In this document: positions 39,237 through 49,904 of the stretch, piece by piece
Layout of the letters: every line of letters begins with the position of its first letter
Position numbering within the stretch: position 1 is the stretch's first letter
Origin: Candidatus Goldiibacteriota bacterium
GTDB lineage: Bacteria > Oederibacteriota > PGYV01 > DYJU01
NCBI GenBank assembly: GCA_938034975.1
Contig: CALHNI010000006.1
Span: 7,790-71,789 of the forward strand
Length of the DNA stretch: 64,000 bases
Reading direction: 5' to 3'
Made by a program: the position numbers and the translations under genes
Notes under the pieces: generated by a model
Seen by the model: the letters and a program-made list of their open reading frames with translations, nothing else
Told to the model about the DNA's origin: nothing
Database searches by the model: none

Positions 39237-39387
39237 CTGAAAATTGCAACAGGGTATTGCAATCTTCAGGATAAAAAAATATTTAAAACAACACTTGTGA
39301 TTTTATCTTAAATAAAAAATGGTGAATAAAAATAATAAAAACATTTTACTTTTCCGTAAAAACGCGTTTCTTATGCGTTTTTACCGG
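39237..39387 (-). repeat. Double-hairpin intergenic repeat, copy G (short, inverted)
   Basis: ctgaaaattgcaa..ttgcaatcttcagg at 39237-39270, core ..acacttgtgattttatcttaaataaaaaatggtgaataaaa, and ccgtaaaaacgcg-tttcttat-gcgtttttaccgg at 39354-39387. Confidence 0.8.
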
Positions 39388-39401
39388 AGTATTTTTTAAA
39401 G

Positions 39402-39430
39402 TTTACTTAAATTTTATTAGATGATAAAAT
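39402..39430 (+). promoter_or_regulatory. sigma70-type promoter (TTTACT-N17-TAAAAT) for the O-antigen-ligase-like gene
   Basis: TTTACT at 39402-39407 and TAAAAT at 39425-39430, 15 nt from repeat G. Confidence 0.45.
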
Positions 39431-39464
39431 ATAAAATTAATTAAATTAAAAGGTGTCTGGTTAA

Positions 39465-41456
39465 ATGCAGCAAAAATTCATAGATAAATTTTTAAATTTA
39501 ATAATATGCTGTATTATTTTTTTAATTCCACTTGCATTTTTTTTACCCTGTCATGAAAGTTTTGAAATGCCTAAAAGTACGGTTTTTTATGTATTTACTT
39601 TCTTTTTTTTAACTTTTTTTATTATAAAAATTTTAATATCAAAAAAATTTTTTGTTTCTGCATCTTTTTCAATTCCTGTTTTTGCTCTACTTTTTATATT
39701 TTCACTTTCTTTTATTAAAAGTATTATTATAAATAAATATGCATCTTCTATTAACTGGCAATTTTTAAAACTTATTTTATTTAATATTATTTTATATTTA
39801 ATAATAATAAATATTTTTAACCGTAAAGATATAATTAAATTTATTTGTTTTTTAATTTTTTCACATTTTATTGTTGTTTTTTATGGAATTTTACAATATT
39901 TTGGAATTGATTTTATAAGATGGATCTCCTTTGGCGAAGGAAGAGTTTATTCCACAATGGGAAATCCTGATTATATGGCAGCCCAATTCAGTATTTTAAT
40001 ACCACTGATAATCACCCTTATTTTATCTCCTTTAAAAAATAAATACAGATATATGCTTTTTGCTTTCCTTATTTTAATGCTTTTTTTAATAATTGTATCT
40101 CATGGCCGGGGTGCCTGGCTTGGATTTTTAGGTTCGCTTTTTTATATGTTTATCATGTATGCTTTTCTTTACGGTAAACAATTTTTTATAAGATATAAAC
40201 TGTTCTTTGTTTTGATCTTTGCTTTTATTGTTTTTCTTATTTTAATTTTTTCATTTCCTAATCCGCTTAATAAAAATCCAATAACAAACAGAATAAAAGA
40301 TGGTTTAAAATTAACAAGCGATTCTGTTGTTATTAGGCTTTTTTACTGGGAATCAGCATTACAAATGGCAAAAGATAATCCTCTTTCAGGAGTCGGAGTT
40401 GGCGGATTTTCACTTAATACTCCTTTTTATCAAAAAAAAGTATATGATAGGTGGCTTAAAAAATATCCTTCCCTTGCCCAAAGGGTTGCACCACATGTTG
40501 AATTATATACACACAACGACTTTTTACAAACTCTTGCTGAAACTGGCTTTTCAGGATTAGGGATTTATCTATGGTTGTTTTTTACAATCCTGATAATATC
40601 AATTTATAAAGCAATAAAAGAAGAATATTTTTTATATAAAAGTATATTGCTCGGAATAACCGGTGCAGTTATTGCCTTTTTGATAAATGGTTTTTTGAAT
40701 TTTCCATGGAGAGTTGTTCCAACACTGATTTTACTCTGGATTTTATTTTCAATTTTTTCTATTTTTGAAAATAAGAAAATAATAAATTTAAAAATTAATT
40801 TTAATCCCAAACCAATAATACTTTTATTATTTGCCATGTGTCTTGTATTTTCTGTATCACAGTTAAATTCTTTTTTTGCCAATATATGTATAAAAACAGG
40901 GCAATCTCTTTTTGCAAATGGCAGATATGAAGAAGCAAGGCAATATTTTGAAAAAGCTTTATCAGCAAATCCACGTGGGACTGATAAAATTGAACTTGTG
41001 CTTTATGCAGGCAATGCATACAATTCCTTAAATCAGATTGACAAAGCGATTTTTTATTATAATGAAGGGTTAAAAATGTTTCCAAATTTTATAGAAGCGC
41101 ATTATAATATAGGTAATGTCTATATGAATAACAATATGATAGAAAAGGCAGTTGAAGAATATGAAAAAGTCCTTGCCTTAAACCCAAAATTCATAAACGC
41201 AATGAATAACCTGGCAAATATTTATTTTGCCAAAAATGAGTTTGAAAAAGCAATGTTGATGTATAAAAAAGCACTTGAAATAAAACCGGATAACCCGGAT
41301 ACAAGATTTAATTTAAGTGCAAGTTATTTTCGCTTAAAACAATATGACAGGGCTTACCTTGAATTAAAAAAAATTTTAGAATATGCACCTGATTACCAGC
41401 TGGCAAAAGAATGGATTGAAAAAATGAATGCACTTGGACTTGTAAAGTTAAAATAA
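39465..41456 (+). CDS. O-antigen ligase/polymerase family (Wzy_C-type) membrane protein with C-terminal TPR domain
   Basis: More than 10 TM segments, loop with SHGRGAWLG, four or more C-terminal TPR units. Confidence 0.75.
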   Translation: MQQKFIDKFLNLIICCIIFLIPLAFFLPCHESFEMPKSTVFYVFTFFFLTFFIIKILISKKFFVSASFSIPVFALLFIFSLSFIKSIIINKYASSINWQFLKLILFNIILYLIIINIFNRKDIIKFICFLIFSHFIVVFYGILQYFGIDFIRWISFGEGRVYSTMGNPDYMAAQFSILIPLIITLILSPLKNKYRYMLFAFLILMLFLIIVSHGRGAWLGFLGSLFYMFIMYAFLYGKQFFIRYKLFFVLIFAFIVFLILIFSFPNPLNKNPITNRIKDGLKLTSDSVVIRLFYWESALQMAKDNPLSGVGVGGFSLNTPFYQKKVYDRWLKKYPSLAQRVAPHVELYTHNDFLQTLAETGFSGLGIYLWLFFTILIISIYKAIKEEYFLYKSILLGITGAVIAFLINGFLNFPWRVVPTLILLWILFSIFSIFENKKIINLKINFNPKPIILLLFAMCLVFSVSQLNSFFANICIKTGQSLFANGRYEEARQYFEKALSANPRGTDKIELVLYAGNAYNSLNQIDKAIFYYNEGLKMFPNFIEAHYNIGNVYMNNNMIEKAVEEYEKVLALNPKFINAMNNLANIYFAKNEFEKAMLMYKKALEIKPDNPDTRFNLSASYFRLKQYDRAYLELKKILEYAPDYQLAKEWIEKMNALGLVKLK

Positions 41457-41462
41457 AACCTT

Positions 41463-42362
41463 TTAATTATTTTTTACTATCCTTTTTAACCCTGCTTTTT
41501 TTGAGAATTCAATTATTTCCTCATACTTATAAATGTTGATTTGCTTATTCAATTCAGGATAGTTTTTTGCTTTATATTCAGGTCTATATTGATACATTAT
41601 ATTTAAATAAACATTTTTAGAAATATTTTCTGCAATAAATTTAATTACCCTTTCACTTTGGGCAATATTTTCTGGTAAAACAAGATGTCTTATAATCAAC
41701 CCTTTTTTAGCAATCCCTTTTTCTATAATAAGATCTCCCACCTGTCTATACATCTCTTTAATTGCTGATGCTGCAATTTCAAAATAATTTTTTATACCAG
41801 AATATTTTTCTGCTATTTTATTATCTCCATATTTAAAATCAGGCATATAAATATCAATCATTCCTTCCAATAATTTTAATATTTCAACATTGTCATAACC
41901 ATTTGAATTATAAACAAGTGGTATTTTAAGTCCTTTATTAATTGCACATGGTAATGCTTCAATAATTTGTGGAACAACATGCGTTGGTGATACTAAATTT
42001 ATATTATGACAACCCATATTTTGTAATTCAATCATCATTTGTGATAATTCCTCTGGTTTTACAACTTTTCCATAACCCAAATGAGAAATATCATAATTCT
42101 GACAAAATACACATTTTAAATTACAATTAGAAAAAAATATGGTTCCCGAACCATAAATACCAACCAAAGGTTTTTCTTCCCCAAAATGTGGTGAAAAACT
42201 TGCAACAACTGCTAATCTTCCTGTTTTGCATAACCCCTTTTCATTTTTTAATCTGTTTACTTTGCATTTATTAGGGCAGATTTCGCATGATTCAAGATAA
42301 TGTATTGCTTTTTTAACTCTTTCATTTAATTCAGATAAATTAAACAATTCAAGATAATTCAT
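41463..42362 (-). CDS. PflX-like (COG1313-type) radical SAM protein
   Basis: CNLKCVFCQN radical SAM motif plus N-terminal CEICPNKCKVNR..GLCKTG motif. Confidence 0.75.
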   Translation of the reverse strand: MNYLELFNLSELNERVKKAIHYLESCEICPNKCKVNRLKNEKGLCKTGRLAVVASFSPHFGEEKPLVGIYGSGTIFFSNCNLKCVFCQNYDISHLGYGKVVKPEELSQMMIELQNMGCHNINLVSPTHVVPQIIEALPCAINKGLKIPLVYNSNGYDNVEILKLLEGMIDIYMPDFKYGDNKIAEKYSGIKNYFEIAASAIKEMYRQVGDLIIEKGIAKKGLIIRHLVLPENIAQSERVIKFIAENISKNVYLNIMYQYRPEYKAKNYPELNKQINIYKYEEIIEFSKKAGLKRIVKNN

Positions 42363-42823
42363 ATTTCATTTAACTTCTTTTGCATTTCTATAAAATGAGT
42401 TCCTTTCCAATATAATCTTTTACATTGTTCACATTCATAAAAATCATTAAAATTTTTAAAAACATATTCTGGTATTTTGTCTTTAACTTTTTCCTTATTT
42501 ATGCTTTTTAACGGATAATTACATTCCATGCATATTGTAAATGCATTATCAAATGACAGATGAAATTTTTCTTTTAAAATTTTAAACTGTAGAAATATAT
42601 TTTCTTCTGTTAAATAAAAAATTTTGATATCCATTTTTAAAATTTTTGAATCAGATGTTATAAAAATCTGATTTTTCCGCAAATTAAAATTTTTTAAAAA
42701 TTTTTGTCTCTCACTATTTTTTATATAAATTGCCGAATACCCAGCCATTCTTATCCATCTTGCAAGTTTTCCAAACATTGTATCGCATATAAATTCTGTT
42801 TTTTGTTTATTATTAAATTCCAT
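42359..42823 (-). CDS. Mut7-C (DUF82) PIN-like RNase domain protein with zinc ribbon
   Basis: DTMFGKLARWIRMAGY signature, plus C-terminal CMECN .. CEQCKRLYWKGTH. Confidence 0.75.
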   Translation of the reverse strand: MEFNNKQKTEFICDTMFGKLARWIRMAGYSAIYIKNSERQKFLKNFNLRKNQIFITSDSKILKMDIKIFYLTEENIFLQFKILKEKFHLSFDNAFTICMECNYPLKSINKEKVKDKIPEYVFKNFNDFYECEQCKRLYWKGTHFIEMQKKLNEI

Positions 42824-44093
42824 TTTCCAAAGTTTCTAAAATAATTTCACCATAAGACGGATGTAAAAAAATTGTATTTTTTATACTTTTTGTACTTATC
42901 TCATTTTTTATTATTATTGATAATGCATTTAATATTTCTGCTATTTCATCTCCGATAATACACGCTCCTTTTATTATGTTTTTTTTCTTATCAACAAATA
43001 TTTTTAAAAATCCGGCATCATTACCTTCTATAAATGCCTTTCCATTGGCTTTAAAAAAATATTTATATGTTTTTGTATTTTCATCTGTGATAATTTCGCC
43101 TACACTTCCTGCCTGTGGGGTTGAAAAAACTATTTTTGGAATTTTATCATACTCTATTTTATTTTTTTCTCCTGTTAAAATATATTGCATCGCAATTTCG
43201 CCTTCTTTTGATGCAATATAAGCAAGCATAGGTGTATTTATGCAATCTCCAACAGCATAAATATTTTCAGCGGCTGTTTGATAATTTTCATTAACTATTA
43301 TAAATCCTTTTTCATCAGTTTTTATCCCTGCATTTTTTAAAAAAAGTTTTTCTGTTTCCGGTTTTCTTCCTGCTGCTTCAATTATAACGTCAAATTTTTC
43401 TTTTATTTTGTTTTCTCCGGTTGTAATCAAAACTTCTTTATCTTTTGAAATTTTTTCAATTTTACTTTCTAAAAGTAATTTAATATTCTTTTCTTTTAAT
43501 TTACGCACATAATAATTCACACTTTCTTTATCCATCCAAGGTAAAACAAATGGCATAATTTCAATTAATGTTACATCTTTATTTAAATTATTAAAAAAAC
43601 TGGCGAATTCTAGTCCTGCGGGTCCTGCTCCTATAATAAGAATTCTTTTAAAATCGTCTTGTAGATTATATAATTTTTCAAAGGAAAAAACATTTTCATC
43701 ATTAAAAACTCTTTTTATATCTGAACCGGTTGCAATAATTATATTTTTTGCTTTAAATATTTTGCCATCTGCTGCCACTTCGTTTGCGGAAATAAATTTA
43801 GCTTCCGCGTTTATTATTTGAATTCCATAATTTAAAAGACGCGATTTTAAACCATCCCTTAAAATTTTTATTTTATTGAAAATTTTTTCTTTAATTAAAC
43901 TATAATCCTTTTCAAATTTTGAATAATAAATAAAACCCTTTAATGGAATACAACCCGCATTTAAACAAACTCCGCCTAAATTATCAGGTTTTTTTTCAAT
44001 AAGAAGTGTTTTTACATTATTTTTTGCTGCTAAAAAAGCAGCACTTATACCAGCTGGGCCTGAACCAATAATAATCAGGTCATAATAAAACAT
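42813..44093 (-). CDS. lpd: Dihydrolipoyl dehydrogenase-type flavoprotein disulfide reductase (short form)
   Basis: GSGPAG FAD motif, redox-active GGVCLNAGCIP, NAD motif GAGPAGLE. Sits in the gcv/lip operon. Confidence 0.85.
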   Translation of the reverse strand: MFYYDLIIIGSGPAGISAAFLAAKNNVKTLLIEKKPDNLGGVCLNAGCIPLKGFIYYSKFEKDYSLIKEKIFNKIKILRDGLKSRLLNYGIQIINAEAKFISANEVAADGKIFKAKNIIIATGSDIKRVFNDENVFSFEKLYNLQDDFKRILIIGAGPAGLEFASFFNNLNKDVTLIEIMPFVLPWMDKESVNYYVRKLKEKNIKLLLESKIEKISKDKEVLITTGENKIKEKFDVIIEAAGRKPETEKLFLKNAGIKTDEKGFIIVNENYQTAAENIYAVGDCINTPMLAYIASKEGEIAMQYILTGEKNKIEYDKIPKIVFSTPQAGSVGEIITDENTKTYKYFFKANGKAFIEGNDAGFLKIFVDKKKNIIKGACIIGDEIAEILNALSIIIKNEISTKSIKNTIFLHPSYGEIILETLENGI

Positions 44094-44102
44094 AATTTTA
44101 TA

Positions 44103-45071
44103 TTACCTGAAAATCTCTTTTATCATCTGTATTTCACTGCTGTTTAAAGGCATATCACTTCCGCTTAAATTTATTTCAACCTGTTTTTTATTTCTGAATC
44201 CGGGTATAACACAGCTTACAACATCCGAAAAAAGCACATATTGCAAAGCAATTCTTGCAAGGTCTTTTATATCACTACCAAATTTTTGTTTTAACATTTC
44301 TATTTTAGGTTCAATTTTTTCCAGCTCTTCTTTTGTAAATCTTTTATCGTTTTGTCTGTGGTCTCCTGGTTCAAATTTAGGTGGATTTTTAGAAGAAAAT
44401 TTTCCGAGCAAAATACCCTGGGCAAGCGGAGAAAATGCAATAAATGTTATATTATATTCTTTCATAATTTTATAAACAGGGGAATTTTCTGTGATAAACT
44501 TATCATCAATTATATTTGCCCAACTCTGAATACAATCTGGTTGTATTTTGGGTATAAGCCGTAAAAAATCACTTTCAGAATATGCTGACAAGCCAATTGC
44601 CCTTATTTTTCCTTCTTGTTTTAATTTTGTAAATACTGAAATTGCATCAGATAAATATTTATCGTTTTGTCCAAAATCACCATGATGAAAATAATAAATA
44701 TCAATATAATCCCTTTTTAAATTAATCAAGGATTGTTCGCATTGGTGTTTTATATGGGCAGGTTCATAAGCATGTTCTGCTGTTCCAGGGAACCAGCCAA
44801 CCTTGCTTGAAATAATAACTTTGTTGCTTTTATTACCCAATGCCTTTGCAAGCAATCTTTCTGCCCTACCATTACCATAAACATCAGCATTATCAAAATG
44901 ATTTACTCCTTTATCTATAGCGTAATTTATTGCATCTATTACTTCTTTTTCATCAACATCCGGCCAGCCATTTGGAATTCCATTTACCCAGTTTAAACCA
45001 CCTAAAGTCCAGCAACCTAATGATATCTCAGAAACTTCTAAATCTGTTTTTCCTATTTTGCGATATTTCAT
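44103..45071 (-). CDS. Aldo/keto reductase
   Basis: GCW.LGG.., FDNADVYG, and typical AKR length. Confidence 0.85.
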   Translation of the reverse strand: MKYRKIGKTDLEVSEISLGCWTLGGLNWVNGIPNGWPDVDEKEVIDAINYAIDKGVNHFDNADVYGNGRAERLLAKALGNKSNKVIISSKVGWFPGTAEHAYEPAHIKHQCEQSLINLKRDYIDIYYFHHGDFGQNDKYLSDAISVFTKLKQEGKIRAIGLSAYSESDFLRLIPKIQPDCIQSWANIIDDKFITENSPVYKIMKEYNITFIAFSPLAQGILLGKFSSKNPPKFEPGDHRQNDKRFTKEELEKIEPKIEMLKQKFGSDIKDLARIALQYVLFSDVVSCVIPGFRNKKQVEINLSGSDMPLNSSEIQMIKEIFR

Positions 45072-45090
45072 ATTTAATTTAATCTCCTGT

Positions 45091-45930
45091 TTAACTCAAA
45101 TATTTATCTGCCATATATGAACTTCTCACATAAGATCCGCTTTCAACATGTAAAAACCCCATAGCAAACGCTATTTTTTTATAAAATTCAAATTCTTCTG
45201 GTTTAACATATCTTTTTACTGGTAATAAATTTTTATTTGGTTGTAAATACTGGCCTATACTTAAAAAATCACAATTTACTTCTCTTAAATCTCTGAAAAC
45301 ATTTAAAACCTGCTTTTTCTTTTCCCCCATTCCCAAAAGTAAAGCGGTCTTTGTCATTACCCCGTTTTTCTTTGCAAATTCAAGAACTTTCAGACTCCTT
45401 TTATAATCAGCACCTTTCCTTATATTATATAATTCAGGAACTGTTTCAATATTATGCCCAAAAATATCAGGTTCCTCCTTTATAACTTTTAAAATGGATT
45501 TTTCATCTCCTTTAAAATCCGGCACAAGTACTTCTACTTTTATTTTATTGTTGTATTTTTTTATTTTGCTTATGCAATCTGCAAATATAAATGCACCACC
45601 ATCATCCAAATCATCTCTTGTTACCGATGTTATAACAACATATTTTAACTTTAATAGCTTTAACGCCTTTAAAATTTTTTCACTTTCTTTTATTTCAATT
45701 TTACGTGGAACGCCTTTTTTCACATTACAGAATCTGCATCCACGCGTACAAATATCGCCAAGTATCATAAAAGTCGCCGTATTATTTGAAAAACACTCTG
45801 ATATATTAGGGCATCTTGCACTTTCGCATACAGTATTTATATCAAACTTATTTAATATTTTCTGAACACTGTTTAATTTTTTAAAATCTATTTTTTTCCT
45901 CAGCCATACGGGTTTAACTTTTATTTTCAT
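45091..45930 (-). CDS. lipA: Lipoyl synthase
   Basis: CESARCPNISEC and CTRGCRFCNV cluster motifs. Confidence 0.93.
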   Translation of the reverse strand: MKIKVKPVWLRKKIDFKKLNSVQKILNKFDINTVCESARCPNISECFSNNTATFMILGDICTRGCRFCNVKKGVPRKIEIKESEKILKALKLLKLKYVVITSVTRDDLDDGGAFIFADCISKIKKYNNKIKVEVLVPDFKGDEKSILKVIKEEPDIFGHNIETVPELYNIRKGADYKRSLKVLEFAKKNGVMTKTALLLGMGEKKKQVLNVFRDLREVNCDFLSIGQYLQPNKNLLPVKRYVKPEEFEFYKKIAFAMGFLHVESGSYVRSSYMADKYLS

Positions 45931-46735
45931 TTATTTCGCCTTTTAAATTCCATTCATCCGAACCATATTTTTTTAAAATTAACTTTTCAATTTTATCTTT
46001 TTCAGCGTAAGTAATGGCTTCTTCTTTTAAATTTGCTTTTAAAATCTTTTTAAAAGCTTTTATAAAAATTTTTTCTGCTTCTTTTATTTCAATTTGTCTT
46101 TTCAATAATCTATTAAGACAGGTAAAGTTATCAAAATTGACTTTATAATAAAAATACTTTTTTATTTTTTCTTCACTTATATCAAATGGGATAGAACCAT
46201 GTTGGAATATTATATTTTTTTTTCTAAACTGTGCATTTCCACCTATTTTTTTATTTTTAATTACAATATCATATTCTTCATTATCGGCAAAACAGAAAGA
46301 AGAACGACAACCAAATTTTTTCTGTTTAAAAACGTTTTTTGCAAAATTAGGTTTCAAATTAAAAGCCTTATAAAATTCAAGTAAAAACTCATTTATTTTT
46401 TCAAAAATTTCTTTTACCGATAATTTATTTGCATTTATATCCTTTTCAGAACAAACAAATGAATAGGTAAGTTCGTTATTGTGTAAAATAGCACCTCCAC
46501 CTGTTATTCTTCTTACAATATACACATCTTCTTCTGAACAGAATTCTATATTTATATCATTCATTACATTCTGGTATTTACCAACAGAGATAGACGGGCA
46601 GTCCCATGTATATAATCTTAAAACTGGTATTTTATATTTTTCATAATAATAGATCATAAACTCATCAATTGCCATGTTTTCAATACCAGAAAGTTTTTGA
46701 AATGGTATTAAACGCCAATCTTTTAAATATCGCAT
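45914..46735 (-). CDS. Lipoate-protein ligase A / octanoyltransferase (BPL_LplA_LipB domain)
   Basis: RRITGGGAILH motif and KIGGNAQ lysine motif. Whether it is LplA or LipM cannot be decided from sequence alone. Confidence 0.8.
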   Translation of the reverse strand: MRYLKDWRLIPFQKLSGIENMAIDEFMIYYYEKYKIPVLRLYTWDCPSISVGKYQNVMNDINIEFCSEEDVYIVRRITGGGAILHNNELTYSFVCSEKDINANKLSVKEIFEKINEFLLEFYKAFNLKPNFAKNVFKQKKFGCRSSFCFADNEEYDIVIKNKKIGGNAQFRKKNIIFQHGSIPFDISEEKIKKYFYYKVNFDNFTCLNRLLKRQIEIKEAEKIFIKAFKKILKANLKEEAITYAEKDKIEKLILKKYGSDEWNLKGEINENKS

Positions 46736-48162
46736 TTTAATTTTAACTCCCTTGCTGCTTTAGTTTCATCCGGTCTTAAAATTGGTGTTTTTTCCGGAGC
46801 TTGTTTTATTTTATCAGGATCTTTTTCTGAAAGTTCCGCTATTTTTACCATAATTTCTATGAATTCATCAAGAGTTTGTTTGGATTCAGTTTCAGTTGGT
46901 TCTATCATAATTGCTTCTTCAACAACCAATGGGAAATATATCGTTGGCGGATGTATTTTATTATCAATAAGATATTTTGCAATATCAATTGCACGAATGT
47001 CATTTTTTAATTGTTTTTTAGCGGATATAACAAATTCATGCATACATTTTCTGTTATACGGTAGGTCATAAAAATTTTTAAGTTTTGCTAAAATATAATT
47101 TGCGTTTAAAACTGCAATTTCGGATACAGCAATTAATCCCTCTTTCCCAAGCAAAATTATGTAAATAAATGCCTTTAACAATACCTGAAAATTTCCAAAA
47201 AATGAAGCAACTGAGCCAATAGTGTTTTTTACATTAAAATCTAATTTGAATTTTTCATTTTCTTTTATAACTATGGGGACTGGTAAAAAATCAACTAACT
47301 TTTTAGAAACACCAATAACACCGGAACCGGGTCCACCACCACCGTGCGGAGTTGAAAATGTCTTGTGTAAATTTATATGAATAATATCAAATCCTATTTC
47401 TCCTGGTTTTAATTTACCTAAAATCGCATTTAAATTTGCTCCATCATAATACATTAAAGCATCATATTTATGAGCAATTTCTATTATTTCTTTTATATTG
47501 TTTTCAAAAAGTCCCAAGGTACTCGGAACTGTCATCATTATACCTGCAACTTCATCATTTATTTTTTCTTTTAAAATATTTATATCCATATTACCGTCTT
47601 TATCAACAGGTATTGAAATTATTGAATATCCAGCCATTGCAGCGGATGCAGGATTTGTTCCATGCGCAGAATCTGGAATTATTACAAATTTTTTATTATT
47701 CCCTTTATTTTTATGATAAGCAGCCATTAATAAAACGCCTGTTAATTCACCATGTGCACCTGCATATGGTTGTGTGGTTATTTTTTCCATACCTGTTATT
47801 TCACAGAGTAAATCAGATATTTCGTATATAATTTCTAATGCGCCCTGGACAGTATTTTCATCAATATAAGAAAGAAAAGGATGTAAATTTAAAAATTCTT
47901 TTTGCATTGCCAATTTTTCACATATTTTAGGATTATATTTCATAGTGCAAGAACCAAGCGGATAAAACTCTGTATCAACAGAAAAATTAAGTTTTGAAAG
48001 ATTTATGTAATGTCTGATAATATCTAATTCAGAAACTTCCGGTAATTTAATTTCAGTTTTTCTTAAAAATTTTTCATCTATTTTTTTAATTATTTTATTA
48101 TTTATTTTTCCAAATTGAACTGCTCTTTTACCCTGTATGCTTTTTTCAAATATTGTTTTCAT
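46723..48162 (-). CDS. gcvPB: Glycine dehydrogenase (decarboxylating) subunit 2
   Basis: PLP-lysine region NLHKTFSTPHGGGGPG. Confidence 0.93.
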   Translation of the reverse strand: MKTIFEKSIQGKRAVQFGKINNKIIKKIDEKFLRKTEIKLPEVSELDIIRHYINLSKLNFSVDTEFYPLGSCTMKYNPKICEKLAMQKEFLNLHPFLSYIDENTVQGALEIIYEISDLLCEITGMEKITTQPYAGAHGELTGVLLMAAYHKNKGNNKKFVIIPDSAHGTNPASAAMAGYSIISIPVDKDGNMDINILKEKINDEVAGIMMTVPSTLGLFENNIKEIIEIAHKYDALMYYDGANLNAILGKLKPGEIGFDIIHINLHKTFSTPHGGGGPGSGVIGVSKKLVDFLPVPIVIKENEKFKLDFNVKNTIGSVASFFGNFQVLLKAFIYIILLGKEGLIAVSEIAVLNANYILAKLKNFYDLPYNRKCMHEFVISAKKQLKNDIRAIDIAKYLIDNKIHPPTIYFPLVVEEAIMIEPTETESKQTLDEFIEIMVKIAELSEKDPDKIKQAPEKTPILRPDETKAARELKLKCDI

Positions 48163-48171
48163 TATTTAACC

Positions 48172-49503
48172 TTATAAAATCTCTTTTAAAATATCACAAA
48201 AAGCATCTATTTCTTCTTTTGTTCGTTTTTCTGTTACAGAAATTATCAGATAATTTTTTTTATCCTCATAAAAAAAGCCAGCAGGTAATCCACCTGAAAA
48301 ACCTCTGTTTATTGTTTCTTTAACTAAAGCAAAAGCGTCTTTTTTGACTTCTGCTGTAAATTCATTAAAGGTATCACCTTCTTTTATTTTTAAATTATTA
48401 ATTTTTGATAATTTTTCTTTCAGATATTCTGTTTTTTCCAGATTTAATAATGCAAGTTCTTCAAAACCTTTTTTACCTAAAAGTGAAAGAAAAACTGTTG
48501 CTCTTAAAGCGCATAATGCCTGATTTGAGCAAATATTTGACATTGCCTTTTCTCTTCTTATATGCTGTTCTCTTGCCTGCAATGTTAAAACATATGCCTT
48601 TTTACCTTCTTTATCTTTCGTTTCACCAACTATTCTACCAGGCATTTTTCTTAAATATTTTTTATCAACTGCAATAATGCCTAAATAAGGTCCGCCAAAA
48701 CAAAGCGGAAGCCCAAGGGATTGTCCTTCTGCAACTGCAATATCCGCTTTCATCTCTTTCGGGGTTTTTAATATACCCAATGAAACAGGATAAAACACCA
48801 AAATTGCAGAAATTCCTTTTTCCCGGGCATATGAAAACAAATCCTCATAATCTTCAATAACACCGAAAAAATTTGGATTTTGTGTAACTATTGCTGCTGT
48901 TTCATCATCCAGTAGTTTTTTAATTTTATCTTTATCGGTATAAATATCTTTTAATTCAACCTCTGTAATTTTAATTGGTAAATTTATTGAATAAGTTTTT
49001 ACAATTTTCCTGAATAACGGATTAACCCCTTTATCAATTATAATTTTTTCTTTATTATTTGTTCTTACAGCAATCGCAATTGCTTCATAAAGCGCGGTTC
49101 CACCATCATAAAGTGATGCATTTGAGTAATCAAGTCCGGTGAGTTGTGTTATCATTGTCTGGTATTCAAAAATTGCCTGTAAAGTTCCCTGGGACGCTTC
49201 TGGCTGATAAGGGGTATATGCCGTATAAAACTCAGACCTTGCACTTATTGTATCAACTGCCGCAGGAATAAAATGGTCATAATAACCCCCGCCGGTAAAA
49301 CAAATTAAATCTGATTTGTTTTTGTTTGCTAATTTTGTTATTTTTCTTTCTACTTCTATTTCATTTAAACCCTCTGGAATATTAAATTTTTTTGTTCTTA
49401 AATTTTGCGGTATATCAGAAAATAAATCGTCAATACTATTTACCCCAATTATTTTTAACATCTGATTTATTTCTTCTTTTGTATGTGGTATAAAATCAGA
49501 CAT
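48172..49503 (-). CDS. gcvPA: Glycine dehydrogenase (decarboxylating) subunit 1
   Basis: YTPYQPE.SQG.LQ motif and position in the operon. Confidence 0.93.
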   Translation of the reverse strand: MSDFIPHTKEEINQMLKIIGVNSIDDLFSDIPQNLRTKKFNIPEGLNEIEVERKITKLANKNKSDLICFTGGGYYDHFIPAAVDTISARSEFYTAYTPYQPEASQGTLQAIFEYQTMITQLTGLDYSNASLYDGGTALYEAIAIAVRTNNKEKIIIDKGVNPLFRKIVKTYSINLPIKITEVELKDIYTDKDKIKKLLDDETAAIVTQNPNFFGVIEDYEDLFSYAREKGISAILVFYPVSLGILKTPKEMKADIAVAEGQSLGLPLCFGGPYLGIIAVDKKYLRKMPGRIVGETKDKEGKKAYVLTLQAREQHIRREKAMSNICSNQALCALRATVFLSLLGKKGFEELALLNLEKTEYLKEKLSKINNLKIKEGDTFNEFTAEVKKDAFALVKETINRGFSGGLPAGFFYEDKKNYLIISVTEKRTKEEIDAFCDILKEIL

Positions 49504-49505
49504 TA

Positions 49506-49892
49506 TTATTTACTTTCGCCTAAAAATTTTATATATTCATCCGCTGTCATTAAATTTTTAATTTCATTTTCATCTGCTATTTCTATCTCTGCAATCCAGC
49601 CGTCATCATAGGGTGATTTATTAATAAGTCCCGGTTCATTTTCAAGCTGGGTATTTATTTTTATCACCCTGCCTGATAGCGGAGCATAAACATCTGATGC
49701 TGCTTTTACAGATTCTAACCCGTTTAAAACTTCTCCCTGCTTAACGATCTTCCCGATTTTTGGCAATTCAACATATGTTAAATCTCCCAATTTATGCTGT
49801 GCATAATCGGTTATTCCTATTTTCCCTGTCATTGCATCTATTTTTACCCATTCATGATCTTTTGTATAAAAATATCCCTGTTTAACATTCAT
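49506..49892 (-). CDS. gcvH: Glycine cleavage system H protein
   Basis: Lipoyl-lysine motif LESVKAASDVYAP. Confidence 0.95.
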   Translation of the reverse strand: MNVKQGYFYTKDHEWVKIDAMTGKIGITDYAQHKLGDLTYVELPKIGKIVKQGEVLNGLESVKAASDVYAPLSGRVIKINTQLENEPGLINKSPYDDGWIAEIEIADENEIKNLMTADEYIKFLGESK

Positions 49893-49904
49893 TTTTTTCC
49901 CTCC

